Shown piece by piece: positions 1 through 10,778 of a stretch of DNA of 64,000 nt. The DNA is from Octopus bimaculoides (taxonomy: Eukaryota), in NCBI RefSeq assembly GCF_001194135.2, contig NC_068998.1, positions 51,686,981 to 51,750,980 on the forward strand. Reading direction: 5' to 3'. A model generated the notes under the pieces. That model saw nothing but the letters and a program-made list of their open reading frames with translations, did not search any database and was not told where the DNA came from. The translations under genes were made by a program, and so were the position numbers. Position 1 is the first letter of the stretch; every line of letters begins with the position of its first letter.

Positions 1-1266
1 ATGTTGGGTTACATAATCTAATAATAAGTCCTTTCCTTTTTGTAAGGATCCAAAGCAGTGTTTGGTGTAAGCTGTGAATTTGTACACCCTGTCAACGTTT
101 TCCATTTAAATCAAATTATTTTTTAACTGAAGAAATTTGGGAGTGTTTACTCACAAGGATTATACATATATTTTGCAAAGAAAGACAAAAACTGTACATT
201 AACAAATTTCTGTATACACCTACAGCAAAAAAATTAGAAAGAAAATAGAGGTAGGGTATAATTTGAGGGAGATTTTGCTACTATTTCTGGCAGGTCATGG
301 AACCATGTAATTGTCCTTTGTTGACTTTTGGTTCCCTTTGTACAGTGTTTCATTGTGGCAATTCATTCTTTCATGGAAATCGATCATGTAATTATCTAAT
401 TAAAAATTTTAGAATTGATGATCCAGAGTTTTCCTGTGGATCTCCTTATGGGTCTTCAATCATGTATAACCATCTTTGTTAATGAGCTCTCTCTTTAATG
501 ATCTCCACAGCTTTAGCGATATATTTTTTTTTAATTCTAAAAATAAAAAATTTAATAGTTAATTGCATAAAATAAATGCTTAACATTCATAATGATTGCT
601 TTAAATGCTCAATTTCCGCATTGAACACTGATAATGTGCATGTGAGTGTTTGTTCATTTATTTAGTTCGTTTTCATGTTGATGTTGCATTCTCTGACCAT
701 GTTCATAGTCTCTCTGCTACTCTTTCTTTGTCAACCTTTTGAATTAGTTCACCCTTTTAGTATGTCCCCTACCCCAAATTGGATAGTGCAATGACGAATG
801 CTATTAATAACAGAGAAATGAAAATGCAATAAACTTCAGGAAAAAAACATGAGAACAAGATGAATGTAAAGCTGAGAAAGATTTTACTTTAAGATTTTTC
901 TTATGGTCTGTTGATCGTGTCTATGATTTTTATTTTTTATCTTCTGGACAGCTTCGCACCTTGCCAGCTCCTCTTAAATCATCCAACTCATGCCACCATG
1001 GAAAATGGATGTTAAACTATGATGATGATGATGATGATGATGATTAGTTTCAATCAGTAGATAGCAAAGTGAGAATTGAGTCTGGAACCCTGAAGTTGTA
1101 AAGTGAGCTTTTTAACCATGCAAAGCTATGTCAGCACCAATTGTTTAGAAGAGCAGTGTCTATCCAATTGAAAGGACATGGTTATGAGTAAAGTTCCACT
1201 AAAAGCTACCATTGGTATATTATAGTTTGACTGATATTACCCAATGAAACTGAATCTTGATGGTTG

Positions 1267-1303
<37 letters not shown>

Positions 1304-1724
1304 GAAAGAGAGAGAGAGAGAGAGAGAGAAATTCAGTATTAATACTTGTATTGGAGAGAAAGAATGGGCTATGAAAGGAAAGAAGTTGTTTCAGTTAGAA
1401 TGTATTGTATAAACAAGCAACACGTGCTATCTCTGTGCTGTCAAGCTTCACTTAGTTCAATCATAACTATATTCAGGAGAGTAATTTAGTTTAGGCTGAC
1501 TTAAGATAGTTCATTATTATACAAAGCCTGACCATCAAATTAATCTAAGTGATTCCCATTTGTGTAAATGAATTATCTAACAAAGCAAACACAGTCAAGA
1601 GGGAGATTATATGTGGTCACATAATCTGGTAGAAACTGCAACCAAATTTTCCCCAAACTGTATCTTCTAAAATAGAAAATATATATTAGATATTTTAATC
1701 CTAGCTATTTAAAGTAAAGAAGAA

Positions 1725-1985
1725 GCCTGGTACCTATTCTATCTCTTCTTTTGCCAAACTGTTAAGTTGCAGGGTCATAAACAAATCAACACCAGTTGTC
1801 AACACACACACATATATACACAATGGGCTTCTTTCAGTTTCCTTCTACGAAATCCTCCCACAAGGGTCCTTGTTGGCCTGAGATTATTAGTTAAACACAC
1901 TTGCCCTAGGTGCCACGTGGTGGAACTAAATCTATGAGCACATGGTTGGGAAGCAACCTTCTTAACCATACAGCCATTCCTGTGT
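1725..1985 (-). mobile_element. Family A SINE, diverged
   Basis: GGGCTTCTTTCAGTTT..CACTTGCCCTAGGTGCCACG..TTAACCATACAGCCA matches 41590-41748. Confidence 0.65.
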
Positions 1986-2712
1986 CTGTGTAACCTTTGT
2001 TTTTATTAATTGAAGATAATATTGGTCTGATTCAAAGGAGATTTAGGTGCTCTTTCTTGCAAGCTAAGCAACTGTTTAGACCGCCTCTATGCAGTTACAC
2101 CTCTCAGAACAACCCCTGTGGTTGATCTCAGGTGGTGTAACAGATGAAACAGACTAAATCTTCCAGGCCTGTCAAAGATGTTATCTCAGTGAATGTTGTT
2201 TCAAGGAATTCATATGGCAGAATTGATGGAGTTGCAGGCAAAATATTCTTCAGTATTTTACTCCCTTATATCCTGAGTTCAGATCTCCCCAATATCAACC
2301 TAAACCTTCATTGTTCTGTGATCAGATTAAATAAGTACTAATTTATAAGTACTGACATTTATAAAGCAGGGAATCTATTAGACTTTTTAAAGTACAAAAG
2401 TAGTTTTATTTATGACATCATCTGTTTATATAAAATATCCAATAAGTATTGTTACTATATCTGTTTATATAGCAGAAGGTATAATAGATTAACAAAATTG
2501 TAAGGGCATCAACCTGACTTCCTAAGTCCTGAGTTCAAATCTGTCATCCGTCTAGGGTTGATGAAATAAAATACCAGTATAGTGTTGGGGTTGGGGTTGA
2601 TACAATCAACTAAACCCATCTAGCCTTGTGTTTTAATTAGAAGCAGCTATTACATATAGCAATTATTGTGTATTATTTATATTTCACTGAAGCCAATATT
2701 TTTATTCATTTT

Positions 2713-2919
2713 AAGGTGGTGAGCTGGCAGAAACGTTAGCATGCTGGATGAAAAGCTTAGCGGTATTTTGTCTGTCTTTACATGCTGAGTTCAAATTCTG
2801 CCGCGGTTGACTTTGCCTTTCATCCTTTCGGGGTCAATAAATTAACTACCAGTTGGGGGCAATCTAATCGACTGGCCTCCTCCCCCAAAATTTCGAGCCT
2901 TGTACCTAGAGTAGAAAAG
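2713..2919 (+). mobile_element. tRNA-derived SINE, family D (AAGGYGGTGAGCTGGCAGAA head; GACTTTGCCTTTCATCCTTTCGGGGTCGATAAA centre)
   Basis: B box GAGTTCAAATTC; 17-bp TSD AATATTTTTATTCATTT at 2695-2711 and 2920-2936. The centre resembles my recollection of the MetaSINE domain (unverified). Confidence 0.85.
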
Positions 2920-4049
2920 AATATTTTTATTCATTTCTATTGTTGTTGTTTAATATTTTGATTAAACAATCTCACCATGTAATCAAAGATGTTACAACAC
3001 TGACTCTGCTAGCTTTCAGAGATCTATAGAACAACTATATTGAATTATATTTACTCCTTTATTTAAGGTGGTGGGAATGATATGAGAGGAATTTGATTAC
3101 ATCATTGGTTCAGCATTCCAGATTCTAGATATATTTGTGTGTGTGTGTAGTTAATGGAGCATTTTCTGCAGCGTATTTCGCTTTCAATATTTATTGACAT
3201 TTTAACTTGTCAAAGTCAAATTAAATTTTGTGTCTACTTACTTAAATAGAAAGTGCACAGTTTCCTAGTAAACTGCTACAATTGTTTAATCTTTAAATAC
3301 ATGAATTCTATAAAGAATATATTGTGTCTATTGTGAGATTACAGATTTTGATATTCTGCTATCTAAGTTTTATCTATACCAAAAGCTATAACATGATCTT
3401 ACATAAATTTCTGTCATTTCATTTTCAGAGTCATAAAATAATACCGTTTTGTTTTTATTTATTTCCTATTTCCTTTCAAACTCGATTTCCATCTCATATC
3501 ATATAGATTTAAATATCAAGTCGCTTAAATATAGCATTATTCAGCTGTTGATTTGCTCACAGAATGTTATGCTAAATTTTTGGTAAAAGAACCATTATCA
3601 AAGACCTACTGAAAATAGGCTACATGAATTTAAAAATGTCTTTATGATTTCAAAATAGAAAATTTCTGTGTGCCTGTGTGTGAGTATGTGTGTATAGATA
3701 TACGTGTGTGTGTGTGTGTATGCATACACCTACAATAAGACTGAAAGTCAGCAATAATATCAGAAGCAGTGGGAGATTGCTTTGGTTGCAGAGGTCAAAG
3801 CTAATTGCTCCTAAGTGGTTTCTTATTTTCTATTGTATTTCTTTTTGTTGTTGTTGTTTTTTTTTTTCCATCTACACAGAACAAAGAAATCTCTGCTTTA
3901 ATGTTAATTGGTTACTCACCATTTTCTTTCCTATTCCTTACAATAAAATGACTAATAGTTGCAACAAGAAAGCTTAGATCACTGCATGCAGCAACATTAT
4001 CTGAAATTGTCTTCTAAAAGAGTTCTCTTAAGTTATTTTTAAACACATC

Positions 4050-4053
<4 letters not shown>

Positions 4054-4110
<57 letters not shown>
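4054..4110. repeat. (AG)n microsatellite
   Basis: Direct reading. Confidence 0.95.
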
Positions 4111-4113
<3 letters not shown>

Positions 4114-4407
4114 CAATTGAACTTGAAACATAGAATCAAAAAAAAAAAATATATATTTTCTTCAAAGAAAGAAGAGCATTGCCCTTGAATTTTGTTTCTT
4201 TCTTTTTCTTTTCTTAATTTTTTTTCTTTTTTGATCTTCTCAAAGTCAGGTAAAAGAAAGATGCAACTAGTGAACTGTTTCTTCGAGGTTAGACTGAGAG
4301 AGACTTCTGCTCAATTTCTGTCAAACCAGTTTTATTTACAAGTCTAAGATTAACTTGAGATTACATTATTTACATTTGACAGATATTTGTCCTAATCTTG
4401 TTTGTTG

Positions 4408-4452
4408 TAAAAACGTTTCAGCTGATATACCCACCAGCCTTCATCAGGTATC
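4408..4452 (-). ncRNA. Minimal type I hammerhead ribozyme motif (inverted copy), stem I damaged
   Basis: Minus strand GATAC-CTGATGA-A-GGCTG(GTGGGTATAT)CAGCT-GAA-ACGT-T: core intact, palindromic ACGT stem III and GUU triplet retained. Confidence 0.7.
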
Positions 4453-4499
4453 TTGGGGAAGTTTCAAACCTGGGTTCTCATTCCTAAGGTATTTTTCAA

Positions 4500-4543
<44 letters not shown>

Positions 4544-4635
4544 TCACTGCCTAGAATCGAACTCAAGCATATGGCATAGTGGTTAAGAGCACGGGCTACT
4601 AACCCCAAGATTACAAGTTCAATTCCAGGCAGTGA

Positions 4636-4670
<35 letters not shown>

Positions 4671-4717
4671 TCGAAAAATGCCATAGGAATGAGAACCCAA
4701 GTTTGAAATTTCCCCAA

Positions 4718-4763
4718 GACACCTGATGAAGGCTGGAGGGTATATCAGCCGAAACATTAAGTT
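4718..4763 (+). ncRNA. Minimal type I hammerhead ribozyme motif (PLE-like), stem III and stem I mutated
   Basis: GACAC-CTGATGA-A-GGCTG(GAGGGTATAT)CAGCC-GAAAC-ATT-AAGTT: intact core and 5-bp stem II. Confidence 0.7.
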
Positions 4764-5479
4764 AACAACAAACAAGATGAGGATAAATATCTGTCAAATG
4801 TAAATAATGTACATAATTCCTCATCTCTTAAATATAAAACTGTAACTTGAGATTATAGAAGATATCTTGAAGCATTGCTCACTTTATGAATTGTGATTCC
4901 TTCTTTTTCTTCACTATACTGCAAGCCCTACAAAAAACGTCTTCATAAAAATTTGAAAAGCAAGGCAGTGCTCCAGCATGGCCGCAGTCAAATGACTGAA
5001 ACTAGTAAAAGAGTAAAAGAGTATAAAATATATTATTAAAATCTTGTTATTAGAATTTTATTATCCTTATAACTTGTTACATGTATTTTAAATTTATTGA
5101 AATTTTATTAGTCGTGTAAATCATATTTTCTGTCAGACCATAGAATAGTCATTTGATATGGTCAAAATATATAGTTTATCATTTTCTCTTGCTATCACTC
5201 TATAGATTATTTTTATGGTTTACAAAATATTTAATGGCATTGTGAAGTAGAAACTAAAATAAAATTCTGTAGTATAGTTCATAACTTTTGTAATCAGAAC
5301 TCTTATTTGCACTACCAATAAACACTCTAAATCAATAAAACATACATACACTCATGCATGCAGGTGCACACACACTCACACACACACACATGAAAAAGGA
5401 AGAAAAACAAAAAAAACATATGAGGTCAGACAAGTAAAACACATGGTGGAAAAAGTCTAGAAATCTAGAAATTAAAGCT

Positions 5480-5653
5480 ACAGGTGTGGTTGTGTGGTTA
5501 AAAAGCTTGCTTCCCAACCATATGGTATTGGGTTCAAGTTTCACTGCACAGCACCTTGGCATAGTGTCTTCCACTATAGCCCCCAGGTCAACCAAAGCCT
5601 TGTCAGTGGATTTGGTGGATGGAGAATGAAGGAAGCCTGTCGTGTGTGTGTGT
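5480..5653 (+). mobile_element. Family A SINE, 5' half
   Basis: GTGGTTGTGTGGTTAAAAAGCTTGCTTCCCAACCA..CCAAAGCCTTGTCAGTGGATTTGG. Confidence 0.7.
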
Positions 5654-5725
5654 CTTATCTACAAATAGAAGAAACAATAGATAATTAATATACTGAGAAA
5701 AATGCAGTTGGTAGGAAACTCAGGT

Positions 5726-5980
5726 GAATCCTGAGCTTCTTTTGAATTCTATAGACTCATAGGGTCAGCTTCCTGGTTTCTGTGGCGCATTTGTTTTTTC
5801 CCCTGGACAGGATGCTGGTCCATCACAGGATTACTCATTTTTTACCAGCTGAGTTGACTGGAACAACATGAAATGAAGTGCCTTGTTCAAGAACACAATG
5901 CATTGCCTGATCCAGGAATTGAAACCACAATCTCATAATCATGAGTCTAATAACCTAGCTACTAAGCTATGTGCCACTAG
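5726..5980 (-). mobile_element. tRNA-derived SINE, family C
   Basis: CCCCTGGACAGGATGCTGGTCCATCACAGG (V-domain-like from memory)..ATGAAATGAAGTG..CCAGGAATTGAAACC (B box on minus); related copies at about 32822-33052, 39340-39562 and 39670-39892. Confidence 0.65.
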
Positions 5981-8900
5981 ATTTGATAGAACGTGCTTTG
6001 GTGAAAGCCTTATCAGCACATGCTGTGTGGAGCAGTCTGAGAGAAAACTCTAAATCCAAGAGATAAATGAAGCCCACAAGATAGTTTTAAAATGGACTTT
6101 TCTCTAATATGTAATTTTCAACAATATATATTCATAAACAAGTTGTTTTTTTTTTATATACATATTCATAAACAAGAAAGCTATTAAAATATAAAAAGCA
6201 GATTCAGCTGACTTTTTTTTTGTTAATGTTTGATTAATAAATCTGCAGCAAAATTTAAATAAACTCTCCTACCAAAACCTTTTTATCTTAGTTTTGTTTT
6301 GCTTTAAAAGTGTTACATTTTCATTTGAAACAAACAAATGATTTCCATAGCCTTCAAAGTTTGAGTAAAATTGATATAGGTTTTTATTGAAACTAAAGTT
6401 TTAAGCTTGAATGAATATGTATATTGTTTATTATACAGCCTAAGCAGAGAAACGGTAATATAGACAAGAAGGCAAATACAATAGACAGTAGGAAAGAAAC
6501 TCCTACGCTAAAAAAATACAGAAAAAAAAAATTGCAATTGGTTTTCTGAATTTTGTAGAAGCTTCAATCTCTATTTTCCTTTTAGTTTTTCTGCTGTGAG
6601 AAAGCAATTCAGATAAGGAATGTTATCTGATATTTGAAAGCAACAATTAATTCTGATAATATCTTTAAAGTTTGGACATTTTTATCATGGCATTTAATGC
6701 TCACTCTCTTGGTTTGCTTGAAATTCCATTACACCTTTTGTGCACACACTATTTGAAGTGGATTAAGTAGCATTGAATTAGCTTTTCTCCCCATATCTTT
6801 CCTGTAACGAAGAGATCTGCACCACTTACATATTAGAAATGAACTATTTTATTCAAACACCCTCGTTCAAATGCTTGCATTGATTCTATCGTGGCCAGCA
6901 GAATATTTATCTACACAACATCCAGCTGCATTCATATCTTCATTTTGCTTGTGTAATTATCATTAACATAAAAACAGTTTTATAAAATAGACTCTGATAA
7001 TCACTTAACTATAACTCGATTTCTTTAGTTGAATCATTGCTACACCATGTTCCAGAAAGCGGAGTTCATTCTGATTTCTCAACTTTTTATTTGCATTTTG
7101 TATTGAAATCTAGTTGAGGGCTTTAACTATTTTGAGGGAGGAGGCAGCTCTAGTTACCTGTTTCTCACCCAAGTACTTTTGTAGTAATGGAATTAAAAAC
7201 ATGCAATTTACTGTCATTATGGCTATAATTATTATGAACACCAGTGGAGCTATCCAATTACTAACATGATTAGTAAATTCTTTCTAATTAATCATTGTCA
7301 TTAATCAGTGAAATGGTGCTGTAGTGTGTCATAAAAACAAATCTAGTTCGTTAGCTAATCTATTTTGTATACAAGCAAGCCATGATGACAGTTTCTCTGT
7401 CTACTGGTGGCTTGAGTGCTATTATCTTAATAACACATTTTCTATATTACATGCACTATTATCTCTCTCATAATTAATCATAAAATGTTCTTTCTCGATG
7501 ATAATTCAAATTCTATCCTTTGAATTAGCCTTCTAAATCATTCAATCCTGTGTTTATATTCAAAATGTTGGAAATTTTCACACTCACAGACACACTTACA
7601 GACACACACACATATAAAGCCAGTGTGAAAATGTTGATTGATGTTTATTTCTTTTCTGAGTATATAACTAAGAATTTGGATAGTCAAATTTTTCTGGTTT
7701 CACGAGAAAAATTACAACTTTTCCGTTCATTTCTCATGTCAAATGAAAAGTTTTATTCGTATATGGAATTGTCTCTGACAAATTCACCAATAAAAGCAAA
7801 AATAGTTTGTATTTGGTATTTGTACATAAATTTCAATTTTCTTTTCAAACAATGATGGTCTTGTGTTTACACTGATATAAAACTAAGCATTGGAATTTTA
7901 TTCTGGTACTAAAGTTTCTTCTCTAGATACCTAAAATTCCTTTTAGAATACTAGAATTCTGTATGACTTCCAAAAGTGTTTTGGAATAAAGAAATACAGA
8001 TGAAGTTAAATGTCTTCGTTTAGGACAATATTCATCAAAAGTAGAATCCTTCTTGTTTTTTACTTTGGGTAACCCACAGCCTTTTTCCCACAATTATTTA
8101 AAGCCAAAATGTTGCTGGATCATAGTACAAAGCTCTCCTATGATCGAAGGTGTTTCATTCATGAGCAAACCCTCGTTTTCTTGTGTATCTGGAATTGCAT
8201 AATTCAGTGTAATTTGATGGAAACTTTATTACTATTTTTTAGCAGAGTGGTTGCCTTCATAAAAGTTCTATCGTAGGCTTGTTTGGCCAAGCTCAAATCC
8301 AAATGAGAATTGCTAAAATAATGTCTAATGTTTGACAGATCTTTCTTCCCTCATTCCTTTCTACAATGCTTATTACTCGTGTAAAATATAGTACCATTTC
8401 GTATGGTGATAGAGGTGTTGGTCGCAGTGGCAGTGATGCTAATAGCAGTAATAATACAACATTCTCATTAATAACAGTGATACAATGTAACAGAAGTGAT
8501 AACGTCCAATGTTTCTTTAAAGCTTCTTAAATTATTCAAAACAAAATGTAAAAATAAAGATAACCACATTTTTTTATTTTGCAGTGTTATTCATTTTCAG
8601 TTATAATTTGTCATCTCTGTGTTAATATACAAGCTGGTATTGTTTATCTAGATTGTATTTATGTATAATATATGCACTTACTATTGCCTCGTATTTTTAC
8701 CTTCTCTTACTTTACTTCTCTTTTATCTCACTGGTAGATGCATATCTTTTTATTCTCTTGTATTCTACTCTCTATGGCTCCGATTTCAAGCCCTACTGCA
8801 CACCTTGAGCAGGTGTCTGCTATTGCAACCTTGTCCTCAACAAAAGCCTTTGAGTGAAATTGAGCAGATGAAAACTGTGTAGAAGCCTAAAGCCTGTCCA

Positions 8901-10084
8901 CTTCACCCCTACACAACTGTCTTGGAAGTTCTGTAAAAGTCATAGTGTGTGCCCTTCCTTCATTTGGCATAAATTATTCTAGCCTCACCTGTCTTGTACT
9001 CTCAATATCTCACTTTCTTTCTCTCAGCATCTTTCACTTCAACTTTGATATCTCTATTTGTACTTTATTTGTAATTTCTAACTCATACTCTCTCTTGTGC
9101 ACTTTTGTATTCCTCTTGTATTTTCCTCATTCTATCTCACTGGTATTTTGATGCTTCACTATTTACTATGTTGCTTGTACTCTGAACTATCCCTTGTACT
9201 TGGACTTTTCCTATACTTTCATCTCTCTCTGTCTCATCTCGATTTTGTACTATGACCTCCCCCTTGTCCTTTGACCTTTTCCATGTACATTGATGTCTCC
9301 CTTGCAGTTCATTCTCTACATTATTCTTCAAAATCTCTCTTCAATTATGTCGGCTCTTATTTTTTTCAAGTCTTACACATTTTTTGCACCATTGTACTCT
9401 CCCTCTTTCTCTAATTCCTTTCTTTCTCTGTCATTTTCTCTCTCCCTCTATCTCGTTACTTTATTATTTTTTCTATATGTTGCTGTGCAAGACAACATCT
9501 TTTTTAAGTCAAAGATATTGCAAGTATTTCTCTTTGTTGTATTCTGTGTTTGTAATACATTATTATTCCTCTGGTGCACGGTATGTAGCAGGTAGGTTTC
9601 AATACTAGTCTATTCTCTTTACAAATTCTGACATCAATTATTCTACACATGAACTATGTGGAACTATATTGCTATCATGAATATTGTCATATTTTATAAT
9701 CTGAAAGACCAAACACCCAATACATATAATATATATATATATATATGTGTATGTGAGTGTGTTTCTGTTGCTATTGATGGAAAGAAAATTCACAACAAAC
9801 TCAAGCTATTTTGAGTTTACAAAACAGGTTCAATGTTTTGGATGTTTAGGAAATTTTACTGTTTACAAGAAATATTACTTTAAAGATATGGAGATTTCAG
9901 GAGATTTTAAAGGATTTAAGTTTCTTGTTTTCTTTGAACATGTTTGTCATTGGATTTCTTTCTGCATAATAAGAGAGAATTTCATGTTCTTTTAGTATAG
10001 CATTCGAATTTTCAAAATAATCAATAATTTTTAGAGACCTATTAAATTAGCAAACTTTCTAATTTATCATCGCCATAGCCATTT

Positions 10085-10290
10085 AGCATCATGTTAATTA
10101 GCTCTTAGTTTGACCTTCTGAGCAAAGGCACTCCAGATATGACCATATCTTTTTTCAGTTAGACACAGTGTATCTAAAATTACATTATTGCATGTTTTTC
10201 TTCTTTTTTTTTTAGACATAGTCAAGTGCTATTTTAGGGATGTTTGGGCGCTATATTTTACAGATTAAGTGAGCAACCACAGGGAACTGG
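10085..10290 (+). mobile_element. Family E dispersed repeat (class unknown, SINE-like)
   Basis: CAAAGGCA(C/T)TCC..TGACCAT..GAGGGAGATTTGGCTGCTATTTCTAGCAG-like blocks recur at about 245-330, 1590-1690, 2020-2100, 20030-20160, 25935-26125, 30310-30450, 33725-33860, 34345-34530, 40215-40425 and 55610-55735. Confidence 0.6.
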
Positions 10291-10606
10291 TTTCATGGAT
10301 GAATCATTGATATATTAAAATAGTGTTTTGGAGACTGATTAATTTTCACTTAATTGAAATTTGTTGTTATCTCTCTTGTTAATATTCATGTAGCACAGGT
10401 AACACTGACTTTCCGAACACTGATAGTCTAAAACTTCTTACAATCTGCACTAATTTACAAGTGGGAACTTCAAATTCCTGCAGACTAGTGCCTTCCACAG
10501 TGCATTGGTGGTGTTCATTTGTAAATGTTTCATGATGTCAAGACAAGGAGACAAGAACACAAACACAGACCCTTGCACAAACACCTGTATATATATATAT
10601 ATATAT

Positions 10607-10778
10607 NNNNNNNNNNNNNNNNNNNNNNNNNNNNNNNNNNNNNNNNNNNNNNNNNNNNNNNNNNNNNNNNNNNNNNNNNNNNNNNNNNNNNNNNNNNNNN
10701 NNNNNNNNNNNNNNNNNNNNNNNNNNNNNNNNNNNNNNNNNNNNNNNNNNNNNNNNNNNNNNNNNNNNNNNNNNNNNN
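10607..10778. other. Assembly gap
   Basis: Run of N next to (TA)n. Confidence 1.

Larger units (their letters stand above)
4351..4855. mobile_element. Fold-back insertion of a tRNA-headed SINE carrying a hammerhead ribozyme motif: a full + copy preceded by an inverted, 5'-truncated copy
   Basis: Direct repeat TAACTTGAGATTA at 4351-4363 and 4843-4855 (TSD). A box TGGCATAGTGG 4572-4582, B box GTTCAATTCC 4617-4626, internal (AAT)n. Arm 4362-4564 is the reverse complement of 4616-4811; about 12 mismatches plus one 3-nt gap over the ~142-nt body. Confidence 0.85.

Noticed and set aside
4566-4640. tRNA gene (also the heads at 41670-41748 and 59846-59936)
   Set aside because: A and B boxes are present but there is no acceptor stem, and the sequence continues into a repeat body, so these are SINE heads.
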